IMG/VR virus record: IMGVR_UViG_3300032288_004972
Location: 1-60,327 of that record
Source of the DNA: a virus
Taxonomy: Duplodnaviria > Caudoviricetes
Reading direction: 5' to 3' (one strand)
Length of the DNA: 60,327 nucleotides
Below are positions 1-10,027 of this stretch, in pieces (position 1 is the stretch's first letter; every line of letters starts with the position of its first letter). A program made the translations under genes and the position numbers. Below the pieces are notes generated by a model. The model was not told the DNA's origin and made no database searches. It was given only the letters and a program-made list of their open reading frames with translations.

Positions 1-118
1 AACCGGAGCCGCTTCAACTGTTGCAGGCCCGACTGGGCCGACGGGAAGCACCGGGCCAACGGGGCCAACTGGCGCAACCGGAGCCGCTTCAACTGTTGCA
101 GGCCCGACTGGGCCGACG
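1..118. repeat. Terminal overlap identical to 60210-60327; part of a 75-bp tandem unit (copies start at 1 and 76)
   Basis: Direct comparison of the two ends. Confidence 0.95.
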
Positions 119-1777
119 GGAAGTACTGGGCCAGCCGGGGCGGGAATAACATACCTCGGAACAGTTGCGAACGCGGCTTCTCTCCCCGGCTACCCCAATG
201 CGTATGGCGGGGCAATCGGAGATGCTTACGTAACACTTAATGACACACATTTGTGGGTTTGGGACGGTTCCGTTTGGGTTGACAATGGCGCGATAACGAC
301 TGTTGCTGGCCCGACTGGGCCGACGGGCTCAACAGGAGCGACGGGGGCTACTGGCCCGACTGGCCCAACTGGAGCAGATTCTACGGTGGCCGGACCGACT
401 GGTCCAACTGGATCGACGGGCGCTACTGGACCAACCGGACCGACAGGCGCGACGGGCGCTACGGGACCGACAGGGCCAACTGGTCCAACTGGCCCTACAG
501 GTGCGACGCCTGCTGTCGGCGGATCAAATACTCAGATCCTTTACAACAATTCTGGCTCAATTGGCGGAGTGTCTACGTTCACTACGGACGGCACCGCGCT
601 GACATTGAGCGGCTCCGCTGCAGGTGACCTTTTCAGGATTACGCAAACCGGCGCTGGCAATGCGTTTGTTGTCGAAGACAGCACCAATCCTGACAGTTCC
701 CCGTTTGTTATTGATGCGAGCGGGAATGTTGCAATTGGCGCAACAACGGCTGATGCGTTACTTACGGTCAATGGTATCGCAAGCTTTGGCGACGGCGCTA
801 TAACAACGCCGTCTATTGCGCATAAGGGCGATCTCAACACCGGCTTCTGGTTTCCCGCAGCGGACACGATTGCGGCTTCTACGGCTGGCGAAGAACGTAT
901 GCGCATCAACAGCAGCGGCAATGTCATTGTCGGCGGCACAACACCATCCACAAAATTTACTGTGCAGGCCGCAACGCAATACAGCGGCATTTCGGTCAAG
1001 AACGCTTCCAATAACATAGTCGAAATCATTGGCACCAACGCCAGCACGAATGATGGCGGCTTGATCCAAGCGCTAAATGGAGGCGTAGTTCAGTCGCGAA
1101 TCAGCGGCACGTCTGTCTTTCCTTCGTACTTTCTCGGAGATGTCGGTATTGGGACGAGTTCGCCGGCATACAAGCTGGATGTATCTGGCTCAGGAGCATT
1201 TAATTCCAATTTATATGTCACGGCTTCTAGCGCCGCTGCACATCTTTGGCTGACAAGTTCTGGTGGTTCCGGAAAACAGTACGCAATTTATTCCGGAACA
1301 GACGGTGCGCTGGCTTTTTACGATAGTTCTGGAACAGCAGAACGTATGCGCATCGACAGCAGCGGCAACGTCGGTATTGGAACAACAACGACAAACCCCA
1401 TTAGTACATCAACAAATCTTGCGGTTTACGGCTCTGCGACTGCATCCACATCGTGGCGTACCGGGGCGGGTAATGGTGGGTATCTGTCAACAGACGGCTC
1501 CACTTACATACAGCTATTTGCGCAAGCCTCAATTCCGCTACTTTTCGGAACCAACAACACAGAACGCATGCGCATCGACGCTAGCGGCAACGTTCGCATC
1601 GGCACTGCGGCATTGGCAACGACAGCTACGGACGGCTTCTTGTATGTCCCCACATGCGCGGGTACGCCGACTGGAACGCCGACTGCAATCACGGGACTTG
1701 CTCCTATCGTCATCAACACAACAAACAACAAACTGTACTTCTACAGCGGCGGCGCATGGCGCGACGCTGGCCCATAA
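1..1777 (+). CDS. C-terminal part of collagen-like tail fibre (continues in frame from 59476 across the contig junction)
   Basis: Frame is open from base 2 ([14 protein letters not shown]...) and matches ORF 251..1777; (GPT/GAT)n collagen triplets, then repeated [15 protein letters not shown] fibre modules. Confidence 0.85.
   Translation, partial: TGAASTVAGPTGPTGSTGPTGPTGATGAASTVAGPTGPTGSTGPAGAGITYLGTVANAASLPGYPNAYGGAIGDAYVTLNDTHLWVWDGSVWVDNGAITTVAGPTGPTGSTGATGATGPTGPTGADSTVAGPTGPTGSTGATGPTGPTGATGATGPTGPTGPTGPTGATPAVGGSNTQILYNNSGSIGGVSTFTTDGTALTLSGSAAGDLFRITQTGAGNAFVVEDSTNPDSSPFVIDASGNVAIGATTADALLTVNGIASFGDGAITTPSIAHKGDLNTGFWFPAADTIAASTAGEERMRINSSGNVIVGGTTPSTKFTVQAATQYSGISVKNASNNIVEIIGTNASTNDGGLIQALNGGVVQSRISGTSVFPSYFLGDVGIGTSSPAYKLDVSGSGAFNSNLYVTASSAAAHLWLTSSGGSGKQYAIYSGTDGALAFYDSSGTAERMRIDSSGNVGIGTTTTNPISTSTNLAVYGSATASTSWRTGAGNGGYLSTDGSTYIQLFAQASIPLLFGTNNTERMRIDASGNVRIGTAALATTATDGFLYVPTCAGTPTGTPTAITGLAPIVINTTNNKLYFYSGGAWRDAGP
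892..1590 (+). repeat. Three ~30-bp direct repeats encoding ERMRI(N/D)xSGN (892-921, 1339-1368, 1561-1590)
   Basis: agaacgtatgcgcatc(a/g)acagcagcggcaa; first two copies are 29/30 identical. Confidence 0.85.
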
Positions 1778-1789
1778 CGGAGAAACATC

Positions 1790-2116
1790 ATGGCAACTGT
1801 AATCACATGGGTCGTACAGCAAATGGAGTGCTACCCCGAAAAGGATGGTGAGACGGACGTTGTGTTCACCGTCCACTGGCGCTGCAATGGCGTTGATGGT
1901 GAATACACCGGCACCTCCTACGGTACGCAGAGCGTTACTCTCGATCCCGACGCGCCGTTCACGCCTTACGCTGACCTTACGCAAGATCAGGTTATCGGCT
2001 GGGTGAAATCCGCAATGGGCGATGAGCGCGTTGCTGAGATCGAAGCCAGCGTCACCGCGCAGATTGAAAACCAGCGCAACCCGCCGGTGGTAACACCGCC
2101 GCTGCCTTGGGGTTGA
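1790..2116 (+). CDS. Tail-fibre-associated small protein (assembly chaperone-like)
   Basis: GGAG RBS; directly after the fibre gene; FTPYADLTQDQVIGWV...PPLPW pattern typical of post-fibre genes. Confidence 0.6.
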   Translation: MATVITWVVQQMECYPEKDGETDVVFTVHWRCNGVDGEYTGTSYGTQSVTLDPDAPFTPYADLTQDQVIGWVKSAMGDERVAEIEASVTAQIENQRNPPVVTPPLPWG

Positions 2117-2229
2117 AAATAAAATGACGCACGAAATGGCTAGAGCTTTGTGTGAAGCGGGTTACATTTCCGTTGCCGAATACATCGCGCTCTGCAATAA
2201 ACATGGATGGTTAAAAGCGGGGAGTTAAA

Positions 2230-2397
2230 ATGGAAAACAAGGAAGTCAGCATAGTTCTGCCAGTTCAGGCATGGAACGTTGTCATGAACGCTCTTGGCCA
2301 GAGGCCTTTTCTTGAGGTTGCAGATTTGATCGCAAAGATCAAACAGCAAGCAGAAAATCAGCTTGCTCAAGTCGGAGCGCAAGAGCCGGAGAAGTAG
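2230..2397 (+). CDS. Small hypothetical protein (55 aa, MENKEVSIVLPVQAWNVVMNALGQRPF...)
   Basis: Translated by hand; GGAG RBS; fills an operon gap; below the ORF track cutoff. Confidence 0.7.
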   Translation: MENKEVSIVLPVQAWNVVMNALGQRPFLEVADLIAKIKQQAENQLAQVGAQEPEK

Positions 2398-2401
2398 TTC
2401 A

Positions 2402-3001
2402 ATGACCCCGATCGCGGACATTGAGTTTGTTGGCGACCTAAGTCTCAGCGATGCTAGGCAACTGGCACTGCTTGGGGCAAAGGCCGCCCGCATTCTTGAG
2501 TTCGGGGTCGGGGGCAGCACTCAAATCTTTGCTCAGTGCTGCCCACAGACACTCGTGTGTGTCGACACGGACCTCGCTTGGATCGAGCGCACGCAGGCCA
2601 ATCTCAAGAGGATAAGTCACAAAAATTGGACCGTGCCTTGGTTCGACACGTACCCATACACGCCCGACCGTTTCTTTGATCTCGTCTTTGTTGATGGGCA
2701 CCCAAGCAAGCGGCTGGACTTCGCCATGCTTGTTTGGGCACATCTGCAAGTTGGCGGAAAGATGGTCTTTCACGACACCCGCCGCTTTGAGTATTTCCGC
2801 GAACTGGCGTGGGTGACACAGTCGTTTTTTAGTGAAGTGTCGCAAATCGAGATAAACGTCGGAGGCAGCAATCTATCGATCATAACGAAGTGCGCTCCGG
2901 TCCATTACGAGAACTGGAACCTGACAGAGGATAAGCCGATGTGGGCCTACGGGGCCTCGGAAGTGCCGGAGGGGGAAAAGTTATGGAAGATCGGAAGCTA
3001 A
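2402..3001 (+). CDS. Class I SAM-dependent methyltransferase-like protein
   Basis: ILEFGVGGST motif I, FDLVFVDGH, GGKMVFHD. Confidence 0.75.
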   Translation: MTPIADIEFVGDLSLSDARQLALLGAKAARILEFGVGGSTQIFAQCCPQTLVCVDTDLAWIERTQANLKRISHKNWTVPWFDTYPYTPDRFFDLVFVDGHPSKRLDFAMLVWAHLQVGGKMVFHDTRRFEYFRELAWVTQSFFSEVSQIEINVGGSNLSIITKCAPVHYENWNLTEDKPMWAYGASEVPEGEKLWKIGS

Positions 3002-4074
3002 AAATTGCGGTCTACGCAATTAGCAAAAACGAAGAGAAGTTCGTCAAGCGATTCTGCGAAGCAGCCAAAGACGCCGATGCGATCTACATCTCGGACACAG
3101 GAAGCACCGATGGAACGGTTGAGTTGGCGCGTTCGTGCGGTGCTGTGGTCAATCATATTTGTATTACTCCTTGGCGTTTTGACCACGCTCGCAATACTGC
3201 TCTCGCTCTTCTCCCTCGCGATATCGATATTTGCGTCTCTCTTGATCTAGACGAGGTGCTTCAGTCCGGCTGGCGCGAGGAGATCGAGCGCGTTTGGAAG
3301 CTCGGGGAGACGACCCGCCTGCGTTATATGTTCGATTGGGGCTGCGGAATCGCCTTCAAATACGAGAAGATCCACGCACGCCACGGGTATCATTGGCACC
3401 ACCCCTGTCATGAGTACCCGGTGCCGGATGGGCGGATCACTGAAGTCTGGGCCGACACCGACATGCTCCTCGTCGTGCATAAGGCTGACCCAACGAAGTC
3501 GCGGGGCCAGTACCTCGACTTGCTTGAACTGTCGGTGAAGGAAGATCCCGATTGTCCGCGCAATGCCTTCTACTATGCTCGGGAGCTCTCGTTTCACGCC
3601 AAGTGGCGGGAGGCGATCACGGCCTGTGAGAAATACCTGAAGCTTCCGCGCGCCGACTGGCCGAATGAAAGGTGCTACGCCTACCGCGTCATGGGGCGCT
3701 GCTACAATGAACTAAATGAGCCTTGGAATGCGGAGCGCATGTTCCAGATGGCGGCCTATGAAGCGCCGAACACTCGTGAGCCTTGGTGCGAATTGGCGAT
3801 GTTGATGTATCGTCAGAAGCGTTGGGAAGAATGTTTTGCTTACGCAACGCGGGCTCTAAAGATCACTGATCGCCTGATGGTCTACACGGTAGATCCGGAG
3901 GTTTGGGGCGCGCAGCCGCACGATCTTGCGAGCATCTCGGCTTATTGGATGGGGCTTCAAGACATTGCCATTAAGCAGGCAGAGATCGCCGTTGGCCTTG
4001 AACCGAGCAACGAACGATTGAAAAACAACTTAAAGTTTTTGAAAGAAGGCCCACTCGAGGAAAAGGCGGCATGA
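2983..4074 (+). CDS. GT2 glycosyltransferase with C-terminal TPR repeats
   Basis: ISKNEE, DTGSTDGT, FDHARN, DLDE (DxD), HEYP motifs; TPR-like helical C-terminus. Confidence 0.88.
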   Translation: MEDRKLKIAVYAISKNEEKFVKRFCEAAKDADAIYISDTGSTDGTVELARSCGAVVNHICITPWRFDHARNTALALLPRDIDICVSLDLDEVLQSGWREEIERVWKLGETTRLRYMFDWGCGIAFKYEKIHARHGYHWHHPCHEYPVPDGRITEVWADTDMLLVVHKADPTKSRGQYLDLLELSVKEDPDCPRNAFYYARELSFHAKWREAITACEKYLKLPRADWPNERCYAYRVMGRCYNELNEPWNAERMFQMAAYEAPNTREPWCELAMLMYRQKRWEECFAYATRALKITDRLMVYTVDPEVWGAQPHDLASISAYWMGLQDIAIKQAEIAVGLEPSNERLKNNLKFLKEGPLEEKAA

Positions 4075-4310
4075 ATATGGACTTACAGACTATAATAAAC
4101 GGGCTTCTCGCAGCGATCCTAACGGGCGTTGGTTGGGCAGCGAGAGAGCTTTGGAGTGCCGTCAAGCGGTTACGCGAAGATTTGCAAAAAATTGAAGTTG
4201 CGCTCCCGACGAACTATGTCCGAAAGGACGAATTCGCGGAGGGAATCAAAGAAATAAAAAACATGCTCGAAAGAATTTTCGAAAAACTGGACCACAAGGC
4301 TGATAAGTAA
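4071..4310 (+). CDS. Small membrane-anchored coiled-coil protein (holin-like or unknown)
   Basis: N-terminal hydrophobic helix plus coiled coil; coupled to neighbours. Confidence 0.55.
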   Translation: MNMDLQTIINGLLAAILTGVGWAARELWSAVKRLREDLQKIEVALPTNYVRKDEFAEGIKEIKNMLERIFEKLDHKADK

Positions 4311-5176
4311 TGGCTAACGAGAAAGTCGCCATTTGGAATCAGACAATCAAGCTGGGAAGGCCTCCGGCAAATGGCGAGCTTTTGATTGGCGACGGCACCG
4401 GGTTTAATCTTGCGAACATAACGGCGGGATCAAACGTCACGATCAGCAACACTGCTGGCGGGATATCTATCGCCTCAAGCAATCCGGGCGGCACTCTTAC
4501 TGCGGTAACGGCTTCTTCGCCTCTCGCCTCAAGCGGCGGGACCACGCCTAACATATCTCTGAGTGGTACAGTAGGTGTCGCCAATGGCGGCACGGGGCAA
4601 ACTAGCTACACTGATGGGCAGTTACTAATTGGAAATACAACCGGCAATACGCTGGCCAAGGCGACATTGACCGCCGGGACAAATGTCGCAATAACTAACG
4701 GCAGTGGCTCGATTACAATTGCGGTTACTGGCGTGGATCTGACTTCCCGCATGACCAGCAACGTGGATTTTACAAGTAACACGACTTTTGCAGACTTAAC
4801 AGGCCTTTCTTTCACGGCTGATGCAAACAGTATTTACGTTATGGAAGCATTTATTTATGCGACATTCGCGGGAGCAGGAAAATTCAAGTTGAGGGTTACG
4901 GGTCCGAGTTCAACTGAGATCTTTTTTGGCGGCACTGAAAACAATGGTATTGGCCTAAACGTCACTTCTGCGGGCACGACAACTGCGTTTAGCAGTGACT
5001 TGTTTAACTTTACGGCTGCTGGAGCAGTGACGACGGGAATAGCGCACCTGTACGGGACATTTAACGTCGGCAACAGCGGCGGCACAGTGCAAATCCAAGG
5101 AGCGCAAGCCGCGTCGAGCGCAACGACGACTTCATTCAAAACCGGCTCGTGGGTGCAATACAGGAAAGTAACGTAA
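4310..5176 (+). CDS. Tail fibre/spike-like structural protein
   Basis: G/T/S-rich; duplicated G(E/Q)LLIG...TAGxNVxIxNxxGxIxIA module. Confidence 0.6.
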   Translation: MANEKVAIWNQTIKLGRPPANGELLIGDGTGFNLANITAGSNVTISNTAGGISIASSNPGGTLTAVTASSPLASSGGTTPNISLSGTVGVANGGTGQTSYTDGQLLIGNTTGNTLAKATLTAGTNVAITNGSGSITIAVTGVDLTSRMTSNVDFTSNTTFADLTGLSFTADANSIYVMEAFIYATFAGAGKFKLRVTGPSSTEIFFGGTENNGIGLNVTSAGTTTAFSSDLFNFTAAGAVTTGIAHLYGTFNVGNSGGTVQIQGAQAASSATTTSFKTGSWVQYRKVT

Positions 5177-5796
5177 TGACCTACACCATCATAAACCACA
5201 TCCTCCAAAAAGACGGCAAGCCGGTGCCGCAGAAGGCGACGCCAAACAAGGGTGGCGTCATCGCCCCCTCAATACTTGTGATGCACTTCACGGGCGCGGA
5301 CAACGCCTCGGGCTCGATCAATTGGCTTTGTGATCCTCAGTCAAGGGTCAGCGCGCATCTGGTCCTTGATCAGAAGGGCAACGTCACGCAGCTCGCGCCG
5401 TTCAACCGGGCTTGTTGGCACGCTGGAAAGTCAAGCTGGGGCAAGGTGACAGCGATCAATTCCAACTCGATCGGCATAGAGATGGCGAACTGCGGGCCGC
5501 TTAAGAAAATGGCGGACGGCACCTATCGCGCTGAGTTGGCAAAAAAGACCTTCCCGCCGTCAGAAGTCGTCATTGCTGGCCACAAAAACAGCCCCAAGAC
5601 TGTCATTGGTTGGGACGACTACCCCGCCACACAGGTGCAGGCGAGCATCGAAATCATGGCGGCGATCGTCGCTACATATGGAATAAAAGAAAACAATGTC
5701 GTTGGGCACGACGACATTGCTCCCGGACGCAAGGTCGATCCCGGCCCGGCGTATCCTATGGCGCGGGTGAAAAGCGCCGCTTTTGGCAGAAAGTAG
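5176..5796 (+). CDS. Endolysin, N-acetylmuramoyl-L-alanine amidase (Amidase_2/AmpD-like)
   Basis: VMHFT, VSAH, CWHAG, NSNSIGIE, GHDDIAPGRKVDPG motifs. Confidence 0.92.
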   Translation: MTYTIINHILQKDGKPVPQKATPNKGGVIAPSILVMHFTGADNASGSINWLCDPQSRVSAHLVLDQKGNVTQLAPFNRACWHAGKSSWGKVTAINSNSIGIEMANCGPLKKMADGTYRAELAKKTFPPSEVVIAGHKNSPKTVIGWDDYPATQVQASIEIMAAIVATYGIKENNVVGHDDIAPGRKVDPGPAYPMARVKSAAFGRK

Positions 5797-5802
5797 GAGG
5801 AC

Positions 5803-5967
5803 ATGATGGTGACGAAATATGATAAGGCAATTGCCGCTCTTGTCGGCACGGCATTGTCTTTTTTGGCGACCAAGTGGACAGGCGCAGCTGACCCGGCGTT
5901 GCAGGCGGCGGTTATCACGATCGTTACGACCGCGCTCGTTTACTTCGTTCCGAATGCCAAGGCATGA
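5803..5967 (+). CDS. Putative holin (54 aa, two hydrophobic segments)
   Basis: Hand-translated MMVTKYDKAIAALVGTALSFLA...VITIVTTALVYFVPNAKA; AGGAGG RBS; lies between endolysin and spanins. Confidence 0.7.
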   Translation: MMVTKYDKAIAALVGTALSFLATKWTGAADPALQAAVITIVTTALVYFVPNAKA

Positions 5968-6176
5968 GCGCCTACGTCTTTTATGGCATCATTGTCCTGC
6001 TTTGCGGAGGCCTCTTGTGGGCCTTCGCGAAGATGGCTGAGGCCACGGGCGAGGCGCGCGCATTGCGTGCGCAAGCTGAAAAGGATGCGGAAAATGCAAA
6101 AGCGGCTGGCGTTGAAGTTGCTCGGCATACCACTACTGCTGACACCGTTGGCAGGATGCAAGATGGCGGATTCTAG
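5964..6176 (+). CDS. i-spanin (Rz-like)
   Basis: N-terminal TM helix plus Ala-rich helix; overlapped by a lipoprotein gene. Confidence 0.7.
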   Translation: MSAYVFYGIIVLLCGGLLWAFAKMAEATGEARALRAQAEKDAENAKAAGVEVARHTTTADTVGRMQDGGF

Positions 6177-6315
6177 CGCCTGTCCTCCGCTGGTGACTTA
6201 TTCAAAGGAATTCCAGCAGAAGGCGGCTCAGGAGCTTCCGAAAGCGGGGGAAAATGTTCAGGTCCTCGTAAATGATTACGGGAACCTGCGACAGGCCTGC
6301 AGAGTGCTCCGGTAA
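6094..6315 (+). CDS. o-spanin lipoprotein (Rz1-like)
   Basis: Signal peptide with lipobox LAGC; overlaps the i-spanin 3' end in another frame; start could be 6085. Confidence 0.72.
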   Translation: MQKRLALKLLGIPLLLTPLAGCKMADSSACPPLVTYSKEFQQKAAQELPKAGENVQVLVNDYGNLRQACRVLR

Positions 6316-6387
6316 AAGAAAACAATTTGATATAAAACAAAAACAAGAGATAATTAACAGAGGGCTCGTTCCCAGAATGGCGCGCGA

Positions 6388-7110
6388 ATGACGACGGGTC
6401 TGACCTACGCAACTGCGAAAACCCAACTTGCGACAATGGCTGTTGTCGACGAGAACGATTCAAATTTTTTGATCGTTCTACCGCAAGCGATTACCTATGC
6501 GGAGAACCGTTTGTGTCGGGATTTGGATTTTCTCCAATTCTCCTCCGCAGTAACAGGGAACCTTGTCGCAGGGAACCGTTCTTTGTCTTTAGCCGCAGGA
6601 ACCTTTGTTGTTCTTGAGCAAGCGAACATCATCACGCCTGCTGGAACGACAAATCCGGACGGAGCGACCGCTTCTCGCAACCCTTGTTTGCCAACGACAA
6701 AAGAATTCCTTGACGCAGTTTATGGGTCAAATATTACCGCAAATCGAGCGATGCCGCGTTATTTCGTCCCATTCAATGACAATACTTTCTTGTTTGGTCC
6801 TGTTCCGGATTCGGCTTACACTGTTGAATTTGTCGGTATGATCCGCCCCGAAAGTCTGTCCGCAACAAACACAACGACATTTATCAGCACTTATTTGCCT
6901 GATCTTTTTATTATGGCGACAATGATTTATTTGTCTGCATATCAAAGAAATTTCGGCCGTCAAAGTGACGAGCCCCAAATGGCTCAATCTTATGAGAATC
7001 AATACCAGCTGCTCCTGAAAGGTGCAACAGTTGAAGAGGCCCGCAAGAAATTCGAAGCTTCTGGATGGACTTCTAATTCTCCTTCCGTTGTTGCAACGCC
7101 GACGAGGTGA
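6388..7110 (+). CDS. Tail adaptor / tail tubular protein A-like
   Basis: Size and position before the large tail tube gene in a podovirus-type module. Confidence 0.6.
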   Translation: MTTGLTYATAKTQLATMAVVDENDSNFLIVLPQAITYAENRLCRDLDFLQFSSAVTGNLVAGNRSLSLAAGTFVVLEQANIITPAGTTNPDGATASRNPCLPTTKEFLDAVYGSNITANRAMPRYFVPFNDNTFLFGPVPDSAYTVEFVGMIRPESLSATNTTTFISTYLPDLFIMATMIYLSAYQRNFGRQSDEPQMAQSYENQYQLLLKGATVEEARKKFEASGWTSNSPSVVATPTR

Positions 7111-7116
7111 TGGCCA

Positions 7117-9168
7117 ATGCCCCACGCCTCGCTCAAACTCATTCCCGGCGTCGATCAAAATCGGACGCTCGCGCTCAACGAAGCGGCTTTGTCGGTCTCA
7201 AATTTAATTCGTTTTGTTCCGGATCGACAGGGCATAGGTCTTCCTCAGAAGCTCGGCGGCTGGCAAAAATTTTATAACAGCAGCGTGGGTTCTGTAATCC
7301 GCGCCTTATGGGCGTGGGAAGATACGAATGGTCGTTCTTGGCTTGGTGTTGGTGCTGAGTCCTCTCTCAACGTCATTTATGAGGGCGCTATTGACATCAT
7401 AACGCCGCAAACAACTACAGCGAATAAAGCAGTTGCTGTTTCTACGACTTCCGGCAGTTCGACCGTAACAATCACTGCAAGCAGCAGCAGTCTTGATGCC
7501 TACGACGTGGTCGATATTCGCACTCAAATCTCCGTTGGCGGGCTGATTCTTTTCGGAAAATATCCGGCGATTGCGGTTTCTGCAAGTCAGTTCCAGATTA
7601 ATGCAACCGACATTTTTGGAAATCTAAAATACGCAACATCGACCGTTGCGTCTGGGGGCGCAATCCCTTCGTTCTCTGTTACATCTGGAAGCGCAGCGGT
7701 TGAAGTTACATTGAATAATCACGGGCTTATTGCGGGAGATACATTTCCTGTTCTTGTTTCGACGACTGTTGGCGGGATCACGTTTTCTGGAAATTACACA
7801 GTTTTGCCGTCTCCTGCGCCCACGACGAATACGTTCTATATAACTGGCGCAAACAGCGCAACATCAACAACGTCCGCAACTATGAATGGCGGGAACGCCC
7901 AATATATTTATTACAACGGAATTGGTCCGGTCGCGCCTAATGCGGGGTACGGCGTTGGTGGATACGGAACGGGCGGCTACGGTTCAGGTGTTGCTGCGCC
8001 CTCCGGAACCGGAACAGCAATAACTGCTACGGATTGGACGCTTGATAATTGGGGCGAGATCTTTGTAGCTTGCCCGCTCAATGGGCCAATCTACACTTGG
8101 TCACCTTCGGACAATACGCCAGTTGCAACGATTATTGCAAATGCTCCAATCGCGAACAGCGGTGCTGTCGTTGCAATGCCGCAAAGACAAATTATCGCTT
8201 GGGGCTCGACCTTCAACGGCGTTCAGGATGCTTTGCTCGTTCGATGGTGCGATGTAAACAATTACGATGTTTGGGCTCCGCAAATTACAAATCAAGCTGG
8301 ATCATTCCGCATTCCGAAAGGGTCAAAAGTCGTTCAGTGCATTCAAGGCCCGCAGCAAACCCTTGTTTGGACAGACTTGGCCGTTTGGTCAATGCAATAT
8401 GTCGGGCCGCCTTATGTTTATCAGATCAACGAACTCGGCACGGGATGCGGTTTGATTGGGAGAAAAGCTGCAGCATCGATGGGCGGCGTGGTTTATTGGA
8501 TGGGTCAAAGCCAGTTCTTCAAGCTTTCCGGGAGCGGCGTCGAGCCAATACGCTGCCCGGTCTGGGACGTCATTTTTCAAGATTTGGACACTGACAATCT
8601 TGACAAGATCCGCGTCGCGCCAAATTCCCGTTTTGGAGAAATCTCTTGGTACTATCCGACAAACAGCAATGGCGGCGAAGTCAGCCACTACGTCAAATAT
8701 AACATAATCCTTGATCAGTGGGATTTTGGAGAACTAGCACGCACAGCTTGGATTAATGAAAGCGTGCTTGGCCCGCCGATCGGCGCTGCTCCAAACTACT
8801 ACATTTATCAACACGAAACTTCGCCGGACGCTGACGGTTTGGCGATGAACAGCTATTTCCAGACTGGTTACTTTGCCATGACGGAAGGTGATGTGAAGAT
8901 CTTCGTTGACCAGATTTGGCCGGACATGAAGTGGGGCTACTACGGGGGCGCGCAGAACGCGCAGGTCAGCATAACCTTTTACGTCGCTGACTACCCCGGC
9001 CAGACGCCGTTGACCTACGGCCCCTACACGATGACACAGGCGTCAACATTTATTACGCCGAGGTTTAGAGGCCGGTTGACATCGATTAAGGTTGAAAGTG
9101 AGGACATCGGCTCGTGGTGGCGCGTCGGAAACATTCGCTATCGTCAACAGATTGATGGGAAATACTAA
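7117..9168 (+). CDS. Tail tubular/nozzle (DNA stabilisation, P22 gp10-like) protein
   Basis: 683 aa beta-rich, W/G-rich propeller-like repeats; inserted duplicated beta domain; position. Confidence 0.7.
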   Translation: MPHASLKLIPGVDQNRTLALNEAALSVSNLIRFVPDRQGIGLPQKLGGWQKFYNSSVGSVIRALWAWEDTNGRSWLGVGAESSLNVIYEGAIDIITPQTTTANKAVAVSTTSGSSTVTITASSSSLDAYDVVDIRTQISVGGLILFGKYPAIAVSASQFQINATDIFGNLKYATSTVASGGAIPSFSVTSGSAAVEVTLNNHGLIAGDTFPVLVSTTVGGITFSGNYTVLPSPAPTTNTFYITGANSATSTTSATMNGGNAQYIYYNGIGPVAPNAGYGVGGYGTGGYGSGVAAPSGTGTAITATDWTLDNWGEIFVACPLNGPIYTWSPSDNTPVATIIANAPIANSGAVVAMPQRQIIAWGSTFNGVQDALLVRWCDVNNYDVWAPQITNQAGSFRIPKGSKVVQCIQGPQQTLVWTDLAVWSMQYVGPPYVYQINELGTGCGLIGRKAAASMGGVVYWMGQSQFFKLSGSGVEPIRCPVWDVIFQDLDTDNLDKIRVAPNSRFGEISWYYPTNSNGGEVSHYVKYNIILDQWDFGELARTAWINESVLGPPIGAAPNYYIYQHETSPDADGLAMNSYFQTGYFAMTEGDVKIFVDQIWPDMKWGYYGGAQNAQVSITFYVADYPGQTPLTYGPYTMTQASTFITPRFRGRLTSIKVESEDIGSWWRVGNIRYRQQIDGKY

Positions 9169-9527
9169 TGCCAGCCAGTCTTGACGATATTCTAACAACC
9201 CAGAAAAACGGCGTCATTGCGCTGAATGCTATTCAGCAGTCTCTTGCGTCTGAAGTCGCGACCGTTACGACGGCTGTTGCAACGTCTTCTACTTTCGTCA
9301 TTGCTGGCAAAGGAAGGCTTCTCCGTTTCAGCGTCACGGTCGCTGGATCCGCTGTCGGTTTCGTTTACAACAGCGCGACGCCGAGCGGCGGCGCAGCCTC
9401 GAATGCGCTGGTGGCCTGCCCAAACACGATCGGCGTATATGAAGCAAACGTCGTCTTCGATGCTGGTCTTGTGATCGCGCCCGGAACTGGGCAATCAATA
9501 AACATAACTTATTTGCTGGGGGCTTGA
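9168..9527 (+). CDS. Hypothetical virion protein
   Basis: Translationally coupled ORF in the structural operon. Confidence 0.6.
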   Translation: MPASLDDILTTQKNGVIALNAIQQSLASEVATVTTAVATSSTFVIAGKGRLLRFSVTVAGSAVGFVYNSATPSGGAASNALVACPNTIGVYEANVVFDAGLVIAPGTGQSINITYLLGA

Positions 9528-10027
9528 TGAACGCCGCAATAAAAAATGCTTTGCGGATTGCTCGGGCGACGGGAGGCAAAGTCGTTGCTCATAGCGGGCC
9601 GATTCATTCCTTGGTTGCGGGGCGAACCGATCACCTGCCGATGCATGTCCAGTCGGGGAGCTACGTTCTTCCGGCCGACATTGTCTCTGCAATGGGCGAA
9701 GGAAATACTATGGCCGGATTCAAAGCGGTGAAAATCGCTTTTGATGGAATGCCGTACGATTCTGGTTCAGCGCCTTATGGCGAGAATATGAATCAAATTT
9801 CTGGGGCGGATCTTCCGGGCAAGGCGGAAGGCGGCGGGGTCAAAGAGTCCGCGCTTGTTCCGATTGTTGCGGCGGGCGGAGAATATGTTTTATCTCCGGA
9901 ACATGTCTCAAAAGTCGGAAAAGGAAATCTTGAGGACGGACACAAAATTCTTGATCTTTTTGTAAATAAAATGCGGAATAAGCATATCAAAACGCTTCAG
10001 AAGCTCCCGGGACCGAAGAAGGATTAA
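9527..10027 (+). CDS. Virion-region protein with duplicated AxGG...P..V..G(S/E)YVL domain
   Basis: RATGG...HLPMHVQSGSYVLP and KAEGG...LVPIVAAGGEYVLSP; resembles the FAxGG...GEFV module of tape-measure C-termini. Confidence 0.7.
   Translation: MNAAIKNALRIARATGGKVVAHSGPIHSLVAGRTDHLPMHVQSGSYVLPADIVSAMGEGNTMAGFKAVKIAFDGMPYDSGSAPYGENMNQISGADLPGKAEGGGVKESALVPIVAAGGEYVLSPEHVSKVGKGNLEDGHKILDLFVNKMRNKHIKTLQKLPGPKKD

Noticed and set aside
1-510. Repeats resembling a CRISPR array
   Set aside because: In-frame collagen codon repeats without unique spacers; no cas genes
892-1590. Diversity-generating retroelement TR/VR pair
   Set aside because: Repeats are short and intragenic, and no reverse transcriptase is present
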